From: Candidatus Eiseniibacteriota bacterium
GTDB taxonomy: Bacteria > Eisenbacteria > RBG-16-71-46
Reading direction: 5' to 3'
DNA: 29,000 nucleotides
NCBI GenBank assembly: GCA_041483195.1
Contig: JBGPFC010000043.1
Location: 1-29,000, forward strand
Each line of letters opens with the position of its first letter. The stretch's first letter is position 1. Below are positions 1 to 7,865 of this stretch, piece by piece. A model generated the notes under the pieces. It made no database searches and was not told the DNA's origin. It saw nothing but the letters and a program-made list of their open reading frames with translations. Made by a program: the position numbers and the translations under genes.

Positions 1-71
1 ACACCTCGCTCGTGAACGAGGTGGACGCGCTCTATCGCGCCTGGCAATCGGAGCGGGAGCCGGTGGCGTAG
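1..71 (+). CDS. 3' end (partial) of a second, inverted copy of the NAD-dependent epimerase/dehydratase gene
   Basis: Frame from base 3 reads TSLVNEVDALYRAWQSEREPVA* (TAG 69-71), almost identical to the C-terminus TSLVNEVDTLYRAWQSQREPVA of 162..1076(-). Confidence 0.7.
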   Translation, partial: TSLVNEVDALYRAWQSEREPVA

Positions 72-232
72 CGGGGCGGGGGGCGGCGGGATCGAGGGCG
101 AACCCGGCCTCCTAGAGGTAAACCGTCGGCCGGGTTCGCCCTCGACCCCGCCGCCGCCCCGCTATGCCACCGGCTCCCGCTGCGACTGCCAGGCGCGATA
201 CAGCGTGTCGACCTCGTTCACGAGCGAGGTGT
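1..232. repeat. Large imperfect inverted repeat (arms ~1-109 and ~128-232, 18-nt spacer); left arm probably continues beyond the window
   Basis: The reverse complement of 162-232 matches 1-71 with 6 substitutions; similarity continues through the 3' noncoding part (gagggcgaacccggcc / ggccgggttcgccctc). Confidence 0.92.
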
Positions 233-1076
233 GACGCGGCACCCAGCCCAGGTCGCGCCGGGCTCGCGCCGCGGTGGCCCGGACGCTCGTGAGCAGCGCC
301 TCTCCGTAGTCGCCCAGGCGCGCGCGCACGTCCGCGGCGTCCCACGGTTTCACGCTCGCGCCCGAGACCCTGGCGATCGCGTCCGCGATCTGGCGCAAGG
401 TGAGCGCGGATTCATCGGACAGCAGGTAGCGCTCTCCGCCGCGCCCGTGCTCGAGGGCGAGCGCGTAAGCGTCGGCCACGTCGTCGCGGTGCACCAGGCA
501 CCAGTGCTGGCTCCCGTCGCCGGCCACCGTGATGGTCTTCTTTTCGCGGGCTTCCGCGAACATCGCGCCGATCATGCCGCGCGATTCGCCGTACACGATG
601 CCGGGCCGGAACACGGTCACCTGCACCTCGTGCTCGGCGAGATCGAGCGCCACGTCTTCGTGGGCGGCGCGCCATTTCACGAGGGCGAGCGGGGCGAGCG
701 GGGTGGACTCGTCGAGGATCTTGCCCCCGCCATCGCCGTGAACCCAGATGCCGCTGGTGTAGAGCAGGCGGCGCACGCGGCCGTCCTGCGCAGCGGTGCG
801 AATCGCCCCCAGCGCCCGCTGGTCGTGAATCGACCACTGCGCGCCGCTGTCGGCCGCGGCATGCACCACGACGTCGCAGTTCTGGAGCACGCCGATCCAG
901 TCATCGGGGTTCGCGAGGTCGCCGATCACCGGCGTGATGCCGAGCGCCGCGAGGACGCTCCCACGCTCGGCGTGACGGGTGAGACCGAACAGCTCGTGGC
1001 CGGCCCGCTTCAGACGCGCGGCGATCGCGCTTCCGAGGTAACCGGTCGCTCCGGTGACGAAGATGCGATGATCCAT
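162..1076 (-). CDS. NAD-dependent epimerase/dehydratase family protein (atypical SDR)
   Basis: N-terminal Rossmann motif IFVTGATGYLG, plus VVHAA, YTSGIWVHG, RPGIVYG and VHRDDVADAY; 304 aa. Confidence 0.9.
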   Translation of the reverse strand: MDHRIFVTGATGYLGSAIAARLKRAGHELFGLTRHAERGSVLAALGITPVIGDLANPDDWIGVLQNCDVVVHAAADSGAQWSIHDQRALGAIRTAAQDGRVRRLLYTSGIWVHGDGGGKILDESTPLAPLALVKWRAAHEDVALDLAEHEVQVTVFRPGIVYGESRGMIGAMFAEAREKKTITVAGDGSQHWCLVHRDDVADAYALALEHGRGGERYLLSDESALTLRQIADAIARVSGASVKPWDAADVRARLGDYGEALLTSVRATAARARRDLGWVPRHTSLVNEVDTLYRAWQSQREPVA

Positions 1077-1207
1077 GATGAGGCTCTCCGCGAAACAGGA
1101 TCGATGTCAGTACGAGGTCAGGCTCGTCGCTGGGAAGGTGTCTGTTGGATAGCAGGCGCTCCCGACAGGTGCGATTTCGTTTCCGGCGGCGTCCTCCGCG
1201 CGCGCGC

Positions 1208-1573
1208 TCACGTGCCGCGATACGCGCATCGCGCGCTGCACGTCTCGTGGACCGTGACGACGCTGAGCAACGGCAGCTCGGGGCGAAGCCGTTTCCACAG
1301 CCACGCGCACAACATCTCGGCGGTGGGATTCTCGAGGCCCGGCACGTCGTTCAGCGTGCGGTGGTCGAGCTCGCGCTTCAGCAGCGGCTCCACCACGGCG
1401 GTGATCTCCGCGAAATCCTGCAACCAGCCCATCGGCTCCTCCACCTCGCCCGCGATCGTGATCTCGACGCGATAGGAGTGACCGTGCACCCGGCGGCACT
1501 TGTGATCCGCAGGCACCCGTGGCAGGTGGTGCGCGGCTTCGAATCCGTAGATCTTGCTCAGCTCGACGCGCAT
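1208..1573 (-). CDS. queD: 6-carboxy-5,6,7,8-tetrahydropterin synthase
   Basis: FEAAHHL, KCRRVHGHSY, LDHRTLNDVPGLENPTAE and VHET motifs; directly downstream of queC. Confidence 0.95.
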   Translation of the reverse strand: MRVELSKIYGFEAAHHLPRVPADHKCRRVHGHSYRVEITIAGEVEEPMGWLQDFAEITAVVEPLLKRELDHRTLNDVPGLENPTAEMLCAWLWKRLRPELPLLSVVTVHETCSARCAYRGT

Positions 1574-1577
1574 GGCC

Positions 1578-2273
1578 TCAGGTTCTCGCTCCGGACGCGT
1601 AGCGGGTGGGGTCGGCGATGCCCGCCTCGCGGAATCCGCGCATTCTCAGGCGGCAGGCGTCGCATCGCGCGCAGGCGCCACCATCGGGGCCGGGATCGTA
1701 GCACGAATGCGTGAGCGCGAAGTCCACGCCGAGCGACGCGCCGAGCCGCACGATGCCCGCCTTGTCGAGCGCCATGAGCGGCGCGTGCACGGCGTAGCGC
1801 GCGCCCCCGACTCCCGCCCGCGTCGCGAGCGCGGCCAGCGACTCGAAGGCGCTCACGAATTCCGGCCGGCAGTCGGGATAGCCCGAGTAGTCGATGGCGT
1901 TCATGCCCGCCACGATGTCGGTCGAGCCCAGCGTCTCGGCGAGCCCGAGCGCGATCGCGAGGAATAACGTGTTGCGCGCCGGGACGTAGGTCGATGGGAT
2001 CGCGTCGCGCATCGCGCGCTCGTCGCGATCGCGCGGCACCTCGAGGTCGGCGGTGAGCGCCGAGCCGCCGATCGCGCGGAGGTCCACCCGCACCACGCGG
2101 TGGTCCGCGACGCCGTTCGCCGCGGCGACCCGGCACGCGGCGTCGAGCTCGATGGAATGGCGCTGGCCGTAATCGATGGCGAGCGTCACGCACGAGAAGC
2201 CCTGGCCGCGCGCCCACGCGAGACAGGTCGCAGAGTCGAGTCCGCCCGAGAGCAGCACCACCGCGGTCCGCAT
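1578..2273 (-). CDS. queC: 7-cyano-7-deazaguanine (preQ0) synthase
   Basis: Starts MRTAVVLLSGGLDS (ATG 2273, TGATG overlap with the queE stop); YGQRH, TYVPARN, DYSGYPDCRPEF and the Zn motif SCYDP..CARCDAC. Confidence 0.96.
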   Translation of the reverse strand: MRTAVVLLSGGLDSATCLAWARGQGFSCVTLAIDYGQRHSIELDAACRVAAANGVADHRVVRVDLRAIGGSALTADLEVPRDRDERAMRDAIPSTYVPARNTLFLAIALGLAETLGSTDIVAGMNAIDYSGYPDCRPEFVSAFESLAALATRAGVGGARYAVHAPLMALDKAGIVRLGASLGVDFALTHSCYDPGPDGGACARCDACRLRMRGFREAGIADPTRYASGART

Positions 2274-2938
2274 CACACCCCCCGCCGCGCGCCCCACAGC
2301 CACACGTGGAGCCTCGGGCCCAGCCGCACGCCGAGCCGCTTGCACGCGACCGCCAGATCCGTCGCGCGCGCGCGCAGGGCGTCGGGGGTGATGCCCTCCG
2401 GCATGAGCATCACGCGGTCGTGCGGAAGCCGGTGCTCGGCGATCAGTCGCTCGGCATCGTCGAGATCGGGCGCATCGCCCACCACGATCTTGAACGTGGC
2501 GCGCGGCTCCTCGAGCCACGCCGGGATGTGCGCCCAGGTGTCCCGCCAGCGCGGCGTGGCCGACGGGAGCTTGGGCGACACGTTGTAGCCGAGCCGCGGG
2601 TCGTGGAGCGGCGGCGCGGCGATCCCGCTGGTTTCCACCTCGACCCGCGCCCAGCGCGAGAGCGCGTCGGCCAGCAGCGGCGCGAGGGCGGGATGCTCGA
2701 GCGGCTCGCCGCCCGTCACGACCAGCAGCGGCGCATCGCCCAGCGCGCGCGCGCGAGCCCAGATCTCGGGCGCCTCGATCGCGTCGCCGCGCGCGGCGTC
2801 CCAGCTGTACTTCGTGTCGCACCAGACGCAGCCCACGTCGCAACCCTGCAGGCGTACGAAATGGGCGGGGGTTCCGGCGGACGGGCCCTCGCCCTGCAGG
2901 GACAGGAAGATCTCGCTGATGCGGTAGGGCTGGCTCAG
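2273..2938 (-). CDS. queE: 7-carboxy-7-deazaguanine synthase (radical SAM); start uncertain (CTG 2938 or GTG 3034)
   Basis: ISEIFLSLQGEG, GCDVGCVWCDTKYSW (CxxxCxxC), VVTGGEPL, VETSG, NVSPKL and RLHVWLWG. Confidence 0.93.
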   Translation of the reverse strand: MSQPYRISEIFLSLQGEGPSAGTPAHFVRLQGCDVGCVWCDTKYSWDAARGDAIEAPEIWARARALGDAPLLVVTGGEPLEHPALAPLLADALSRWARVEVETSGIAAPPLHDPRLGYNVSPKLPSATPRWRDTWAHIPAWLEEPRATFKIVVGDAPDLDDAERLIAEHRLPHDRVMLMPEGITPDALRARATDLAVACKRLGVRLGPRLHVWLWGARRGV

Positions 2939-3687
2939 GGCGCCTTGAATTCGTTCGGCCCGAACTCCTTCACCGTCTCGACCTCGTTCGTGAAGATGTT
3001 CACCTTGTCCTGCCGATGCGCGGTCGGGAACCACAGGCCGTCGTGTTCCTCCCAGCCCTCCCAGGAGTACGTGCGGGGCGGAGGCTGATCGCCCTGCAGC
3101 ACCATGTCCCAGCGCTCGACCCGATGCGTCTTCGAGTTCACGTACACCCAGTAGTGATCGCCCGGCGTGTCGCCCACGTTCTCGAACGAGAGCGCGAGCC
3201 GCTGATAAGCGGTGCCGCTCACGGTCGTGTCGCCCGCCATCGCGAGATGGACCCCGGGGTCGCGGAGCTTGTAGGGCATGAGCATCCAGTAGGTGTCGTT
3301 GATCCAGATCGAGTTCGCGCGCTTCATGAGCTTCTTGAGCGAGTCGCCCTCGATCGTCGTGCCGTTCATCCAGGCCATGCCTTCATCGGTGCCGAGCCTG
3401 TGAATGAAGACGAACTTGTCACCCGCGCGCGTGGTGCCCTCGATGCGGTGCCATCCAGTGCGCCGGTCCCACGCGTGCCGCCGCGCGCTGCGCACGGTGT
3501 CGTTCACCGAGGATCCGAACGTCCAGCGCACGCCGGGGAGCGCGTCCCAGCGCTGCTGGCCGCCGAGCGCCTTCATCACCTGATCGGCGAGGCGCGCCGC
3601 CTTCGGATCCGCGGTGCCGGCGGCGCCGAGCGCCTGGGGGGCGAATCCGAGCAGCAGGACGGCGGCGAGCCAGATGCGGGATTTCAT
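2935..3687 (-). CDS. Secreted conserved hypothetical protein (DUF6503-like)
   Basis: Signal peptide MKSRIWLAAVLLLGFAPQALG; ALGGQQRW and INDTYWMLMPYKLRDPGV...GDTPGDHY pattern. Family assignment is from memory. Confidence 0.7.
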   Translation of the reverse strand: MKSRIWLAAVLLLGFAPQALGAAGTADPKAARLADQVMKALGGQQRWDALPGVRWTFGSSVNDTVRSARRHAWDRRTGWHRIEGTTRAGDKFVFIHRLGTDEGMAWMNGTTIEGDSLKKLMKRANSIWINDTYWMLMPYKLRDPGVHLAMAGDTTVSGTAYQRLALSFENVGDTPGDHYWVYVNSKTHRVERWDMVLQGDQPPPRTYSWEGWEEHDGLWFPTAHRQDKVNIFTNEVETVKEFGPNEFKAP

Positions 3688-3706
3688 GTGGGCACCTCGG
3701 CGCGCG

Positions 3707-4288
3707 TCAGTGCGCGCGCGTGCGCGAGAGATCGAACGTCTTGCCGCAGTTGAAGCACTTCCAATGATAGGTGGGCTGCCCGGCCGGCCAGCTCACGGTG
3801 TCGTTGCGTCCGCAGCCCGGGCACGACATGCGCACGCGCTCGGGATCGGCATGACGGGTTTCGGCGGTCGGTTCGCTCATGGGCTCACGGGATGGATGCA
3901 CGCGGTGGCGATGCTGCGGGACCTCGGCAGTATAGCGACCCGCCAGGATCTCCGCGAGTTTGGTGCTGAACGCGGAGCGCGGCATGACACGATCCACCCC
4001 GGCCGCGAGCGCGGCCTCGCGCAGCGGCTGATCGACGTGCGCGTAAAACCCGACGATCGCGATCGCCCGCGTCGCGGGATCGGATTTCAGCGCGCGCACC
4101 GCGTCGAGCGGGCCGCCCTTGGCGTGCAGGTCGACGATCACCAGGTCCGGTGGCTCCGCGCGGCACGCCTCGAGCGCACCGGTCATGCCGGTCGCGCGCA
4201 GCGTCACGCCCAGCGCCCGCGCGGTGGCGTCGATTCGCGACGCGAAGAAGACATCAGGCACCAGCACGACCACGCGCCGCGGGCTCAT
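3707..4288 (-). CDS. Atypical response-regulator receiver read in frame with a C-terminal CxxC..CxxC Zn ribbon (the Zn ribbon may be a separate ORF, 3707..3880)
   Basis: PDLVIVDL, ALKSDPATRAIAIVGF and AALAAGVDRV receiver pattern; then MSEPTAE...CPGC...WKCFNC. Confidence 0.75.
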   Translation of the reverse strand: MSPRRVVVLVPDVFFASRIDATARALGVTLRATGMTGALEACRAEPPDLVIVDLHAKGGPLDAVRALKSDPATRAIAIVGFYAHVDQPLREAALAAGVDRVMPRSAFSTKLAEILAGRYTAEVPQHRHRVHPSREPMSEPTAETRHADPERVRMSCPGCGRNDTVSWPAGQPTYHWKCFNCGKTFDLSRTRAH

Positions 4289-4355
4289 CGCGCGGCGCCG
4301 GCGCGCGAGTCGGGAGGAACCGACGTGCCGGGGTCGCGGACGCGGCTCGATCGGG

Positions 4356-4408
4356 CAACGAAATCGCCCGGCATCCGGAGCGCGAAGCGGGCGCCAGGAT
4401 GCCGGGCG
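4356..4408 (-). terminator. Probable intrinsic terminator/hairpin after the TWG-motif gene
   Basis: 12-bp stem cgcccggcatcc (4365-4376) / ggatgccgggcg (4397-4408), followed on the minus strand by AUUUCGUUG. Confidence 0.5.
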
Positions 4409-4420
4409 TTCGAAGCTGCG

Positions 4421-5212
4421 TTAGCGATAAAGCGACTTCAGCCGGCCCCACGTGGAACGACTGACCGCCGTCGTGGGAGACAGATCCCACTTGCCGTTCG
4501 GGTGAGCGCTGTAGCCGGTCGGCGTGCAGCCCGCCAGGTTCGCGCACCAGTTGCCGCCGTACGCGCCCTCGCCGTCGCCCACCGCGTTGAACAGATTACC
4601 CACGGGCGGAGGGCCCGGGGCATTGGGGTTCGTGAAGTGATACGTCGCGCGGAACGAGCCCCCGACGATGCTGCCGGTCTTGCTGACGTTGGTGTGGAAG
4701 CCGCACAGCGTGCCGGTGAGGATCGCGGTGCCGTCCTGGAAGTTGGCCGGAACCGTCAGGCCACCCGGCGGGTTGCTGTTCATCGTGCCCGCGGTCGGCG
4801 CGTTTCTCGGCGAGCCTTCCCAGATCGTGAACGACCCGACGGTGAGGCTGTCGTAGTTGGTGTCGTAGTTCGTGGTCGGTCCGTTGAGCGAAACGATCGT
4901 GCCCTGCGACGTGAGCCCGGTGACGACGAACGTGTATTCCTTGAGCGGGTCGGCCGCGTTCAGGAACCCGAGCGGCGTATTGAACGAGGTGATGATGCCC
5001 ACGATCGTCATCTGGCTTCCGGGCGACGAGTTGAATCCGGTCTTGGTGTAGGCCGTCTCGTAGGCGAAGCAGTCCGCGTCGAACTGGATGAACACCGGGC
5101 ACGGACCGCCCGAGCACGGAAGCAGTGCGTTGCAGACGCTGAATGCGTTGGTGGAGAGGGCGCCGACCGCCAGCAAGCTCAGCAGCGCCGCCACCCCGAT
5201 TTTGCGATTCAT
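4421..5212 (-). CDS. Secreted G/T/N-rich protein with C-terminal STWGRLKSLYR motif
   Basis: Signal peptide MNRKIGVAALLSLLAVGALSTNAFS; GGAGGU RBS; clean coding-like composition; homologous to 5267..5965. Confidence 0.85.
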   Translation of the reverse strand: MNRKIGVAALLSLLAVGALSTNAFSVCNALLPCSGGPCPVFIQFDADCFAYETAYTKTGFNSSPGSQMTIVGIITSFNTPLGFLNAADPLKEYTFVVTGLTSQGTIVSLNGPTTNYDTNYDSLTVGSFTIWEGSPRNAPTAGTMNSNPPGGLTVPANFQDGTAILTGTLCGFHTNVSKTGSIVGGSFRATYHFTNPNAPGPPPVGNLFNAVGDGEGAYGGNWCANLAGCTPTGYSAHPNGKWDLSPTTAVSRSTWGRLKSLYR

Positions 5213-5266
5213 ATGGAGGACCTCCATCTCGCGTTCCGCGGCGATCGCCGCGGGCGGAGTTCAGGG

Positions 5267-5965
5267 TTAGCGGTAGAGCGCCTTGACGGCTCCCCACGTG
5301 GTGTGGGCCGCCGGGGTCTTGCCAGGGATCCGGCACTCGCCGTCGACCTGGTGATCGTAGCCGGTGGGGATGCTGGGATTCGGAGCGCCGAGCAGACCGC
5401 CGAGAATCCAGCCCGCGTGCTGGCTCGGCGGGATGTAGATCAGGTCGGGGCCACCGTCGAGCGTCATGTTGCCCGCGAAGTTGCCCTGTCCCGTGTTGTA
5501 GTTGTAGACGAGCACCATCCCATCGATGTCGCCGGTGATCCGCTCCGAGCCGTCGATGAACGTCGAGGGCGCGGTGGCGTTCGGAGGATTGATCCCGTAG
5601 GTCGCCGCGGTTCCGCCATTGTAATCAAAGTCGTCGCGATAGTAGCTGCCGCGGCCGTTGTCGGCGAACGTGACCGTGAGGTTCGGGAACGTGAAGAAGT
5701 TTCCGTTCACGGTGAGGTCGCGGACGTAGATCGTGTACTCGTACGAGGTGAAATCGATCCACGTGGAGATGATCGGACCCGCGCTCGTGACGAAGCCGAC
5801 GACCTTGTAGCCTTCGCCGATGTCGAGGTACGTGCTGCTCGGGTTGGGATTCTGGTAGTCGAACCCGGTGAATCCGATCAGCAGTTGATCATCGGTATTT
5901 GCGAACGCCGGCACCGCATACAGCAGGATTGACGACAAGAGAAGTAGCAAGGCCTTACGCTTCAT
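5267..5965 (-). CDS. Secreted protein with C-terminal TTWGAVKALYR motif; paralog of the neighbour
   Basis: Signal peptide MKRKALLLLLSSILLYAVPAFA; GGAGGU RBS; shared blocks EYT..V..LT, NPP....P..F.DG....TG and PTGY. Confidence 0.85.
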   Translation of the reverse strand: MKRKALLLLLSSILLYAVPAFANTDDQLLIGFTGFDYQNPNPSSTYLDIGEGYKVVGFVTSAGPIISTWIDFTSYEYTIYVRDLTVNGNFFTFPNLTVTFADNGRGSYYRDDFDYNGGTAATYGINPPNATAPSTFIDGSERITGDIDGMVLVYNYNTGQGNFAGNMTLDGGPDLIYIPPSQHAGWILGGLLGAPNPSIPTGYDHQVDGECRIPGKTPAAHTTWGAVKALYR

Positions 5966-6138
5966 CGGCCACCTCCAAAGGGGGTATCGGATGTCGAGCC
6001 AGAGGCTGGTTCAGAGACGGCGATCATGCCGCCAGAAGCGCCTTCTCCCACCTTTCTGGGGTCCTGCGTCCGCGACCTGCGACCCCGACTGAGTTGCAGT
6101 GGTCGGCTCCGAATGAACGAAGCCAATTCTCTAGCCCG

Positions 6139-6155
6139 GGCAAAACGCACGCCCG
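6139..6155 (-). promoter_or_regulatory. Possible sigma54 (-24/-12) promoter for the TWG-motif genes
   Basis: Minus strand CGGGCGTGCGTTTTGCC has GG-N10-GC with TTGC, in a relatively AT-rich intergenic region; the -24 element is imperfect. Confidence 0.3.
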
Positions 6156-6251
6156 CGCAAAATGGATGTCACGAAGTATAGGCCCGAAGGAGTAGAAATC
6201 AAGACCCAAAAGTAGGCCCGCGACCGTCGTTCTCCGAAGGCATGAAAGAGT

Positions 6252-7865
6252 TTAGCAAGAGTATTCACGGCCCGCGATACGCCGGATCACGGCCCGGATG
6301 GGCAGTGCCGCGAGAGCCAACGCTGCCCCTGCCGGCACCCAGATCGACAATCCTTCGGACCCGCCGGCGGCGCCCGGGCCGGGCCCCGCCGCCGCGAACA
6401 TCCATAGTCCCGCCTGCAAGATCATGAGCCCCGCGGCGATGAGCCGGCCATTCAGGGTGAGCATCGCGCGCGGATTGGTCCATCCCGGGTCGGCGAAGGT
6501 CGCACCCACCCACAGGCCGACCGCGACCGAGAGGCCGAGCGCCGAGCCGGCCGTGAGGGCGGCCGTCCCCCATTGGCCGGCGGTGAGCCCGCCCGAGAGC
6601 CCGAGCGAGAGGGCCGCGATCGTCACGAGCGGGAGCGCAAGCAAGGTCGCGCCCGCGAAGCGCGCGAGGACCCAGCTCCCGGGTGCGACGGGCGCGAGCC
6701 TCATCCACGCCTCGCCCCGCCGCTCGATCGGAAACGCGCGCGCCGCGATCTCGTAGCCCATCCCGACCGCGAGCGTGGTGAGCATGGCGCGCACCAGTCG
6801 AGGCGGCGGCATCGAGTGGAGTGCCGCGCCCGCCAGCGGAAGCAGCGTCCACAGCAGCGCGGCGGTGATCACGTCGGCGAGCACCGTCCAGTCGCGCGCG
6901 AACAACTTGATGTCGCGTGCGAGCGCCACCCCCACCAGCCCCGCGCGCCGCGATGTCGCCCCGGGTCGTGCGCGCGCTCCCCGGGTCGGCCCCCGCGCGG
7001 CGGGGGTGCGCACCGCGGCCAGGACCGAGTCGAGGTGCCGCCCGGCGCGCCACGCGGCGAGCCCCGCGGCGGCGAGCGCCATCGTGACCAGCGCGCCGCC
7101 CGCGCGCAGCGTCGAGCCCAGGTCGCCTTCGCGCGCGCCATCGAGCGCCGCGGCCGCCCAGCTCGCGGGCGAGAGCGCGAGCATGAGGGGCTTCGATGCG
7201 CTCCACGCGCGCAATGGGGCGAGCGCGTCGCCGGTCTCGGTGACGAATCGCGGCAGCACGATCAGGTTCGCGAGCCACAGCGCGGTCACGGTGAGAGTCG
7301 AGAGCAGGCCGAGCGCCTCGCGCGCGCGATGCGCGGGCGCGAGCCTCAGCAGCTCGATCGCGATCGCCAGCCCGAGCGCGAGCGGAACGATCCACAGGCA
7401 CGCGAGGGCCGGCGGGACGAGCAGCCACGCCCAGGCCGGGAGCGGCCGCACCGTGCTCCACGCCAGGACGGCGGGCAGCGCGAGCACGATCAGCGGGCCG
7501 GCGGTGCGCGGCAGCGCGTCCGCGAGCTTGATCGCGAACATGCGGCGCGGCGCGATCGGCGCGCGACGGAGCAGATCGAGGTCGCGATCGAGGAGCAGCG
7601 TCGCCAGCGCGCCCTCGAGATCGAAGGCGAGCAGCGCGACGAGGGCCGCGCCGAGCGCGAGCGCCAGCAGCCCGGCGAGCTCACGCGGCGACGCGCCGCT
7701 CCGATCGAGCGCGCGGAACAGCGCGGCGAGCCCGGCTCCCACGACGCCCGCGAGCGCGAACACGAGCAAGGCGCCCGCCGCCGTCCGCAGCGCGGCGCCG
7801 CGGCGGCCGAAGAGCGCGGCGCGCGCCAGCCGCGCGCGAGCGAGCAGGACGCCGCGCGCGATCAG
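6252..7865 (-). CDS. Putative ABC exporter permease (multi-TM)
   Basis: Many hydrophobic segments; DRDLDLLRRAPI, RDIKLFARD and FPIERRG motifs; directly downstream of an ABC ATPase; start uncertain (CTG at 7865 overlaps the ATPase stop). Confidence 0.8.
   Translation of the reverse strand: MIARGVLLARARLARAALFGRRGAALRTAAGALLVFALAGVVGAGLAALFRALDRSGASPRELAGLLALALGAALVALLAFDLEGALATLLLDRDLDLLRRAPIAPRRMFAIKLADALPRTAGPLIVLALPAVLAWSTVRPLPAWAWLLVPPALACLWIVPLALGLAIAIELLRLAPAHRAREALGLLSTLTVTALWLANLIVLPRFVTETGDALAPLRAWSASKPLMLALSPASWAAAALDGAREGDLGSTLRAGGALVTMALAAAGLAAWRAGRHLDSVLAAVRTPAARGPTRGARARPGATSRRAGLVGVALARDIKLFARDWTVLADVITAALLWTLLPLAGAALHSMPPPRLVRAMLTTLAVGMGYEIAARAFPIERRGEAWMRLAPVAPGSWVLARFAGATLLALPLVTIAALSLGLSGGLTAGQWGTAALTAGSALGLSVAVGLWVGATFADPGWTNPRAMLTLNGRLIAAGLMILQAGLWMFAAAGPGPGAAGGSEGLSIWVPAGAALALAALPIRAVIRRIAGREYSC

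Noticed and set aside
1208..2938. 7-deazaguanine DNA-modification (dpd) island
   Set aside because: No dpdA/tgt-like, helicase or phage genes nearby; context is housekeeping.
3614..5932. 772-aa + strand ORF, and the many other Arg/Ala/Pro-rich ORFs in the track
   Set aside because: They overlap genes with clear motifs or signal peptides on the opposite strand or in another frame; typical high-GC shadow ORFs.
6135..6200. c-di-GMP-I riboswitch-like GGCAAA...CGCAAA
   Set aside because: Wrong strand for the downstream genes, and no GNRA/receptor stems could be built.
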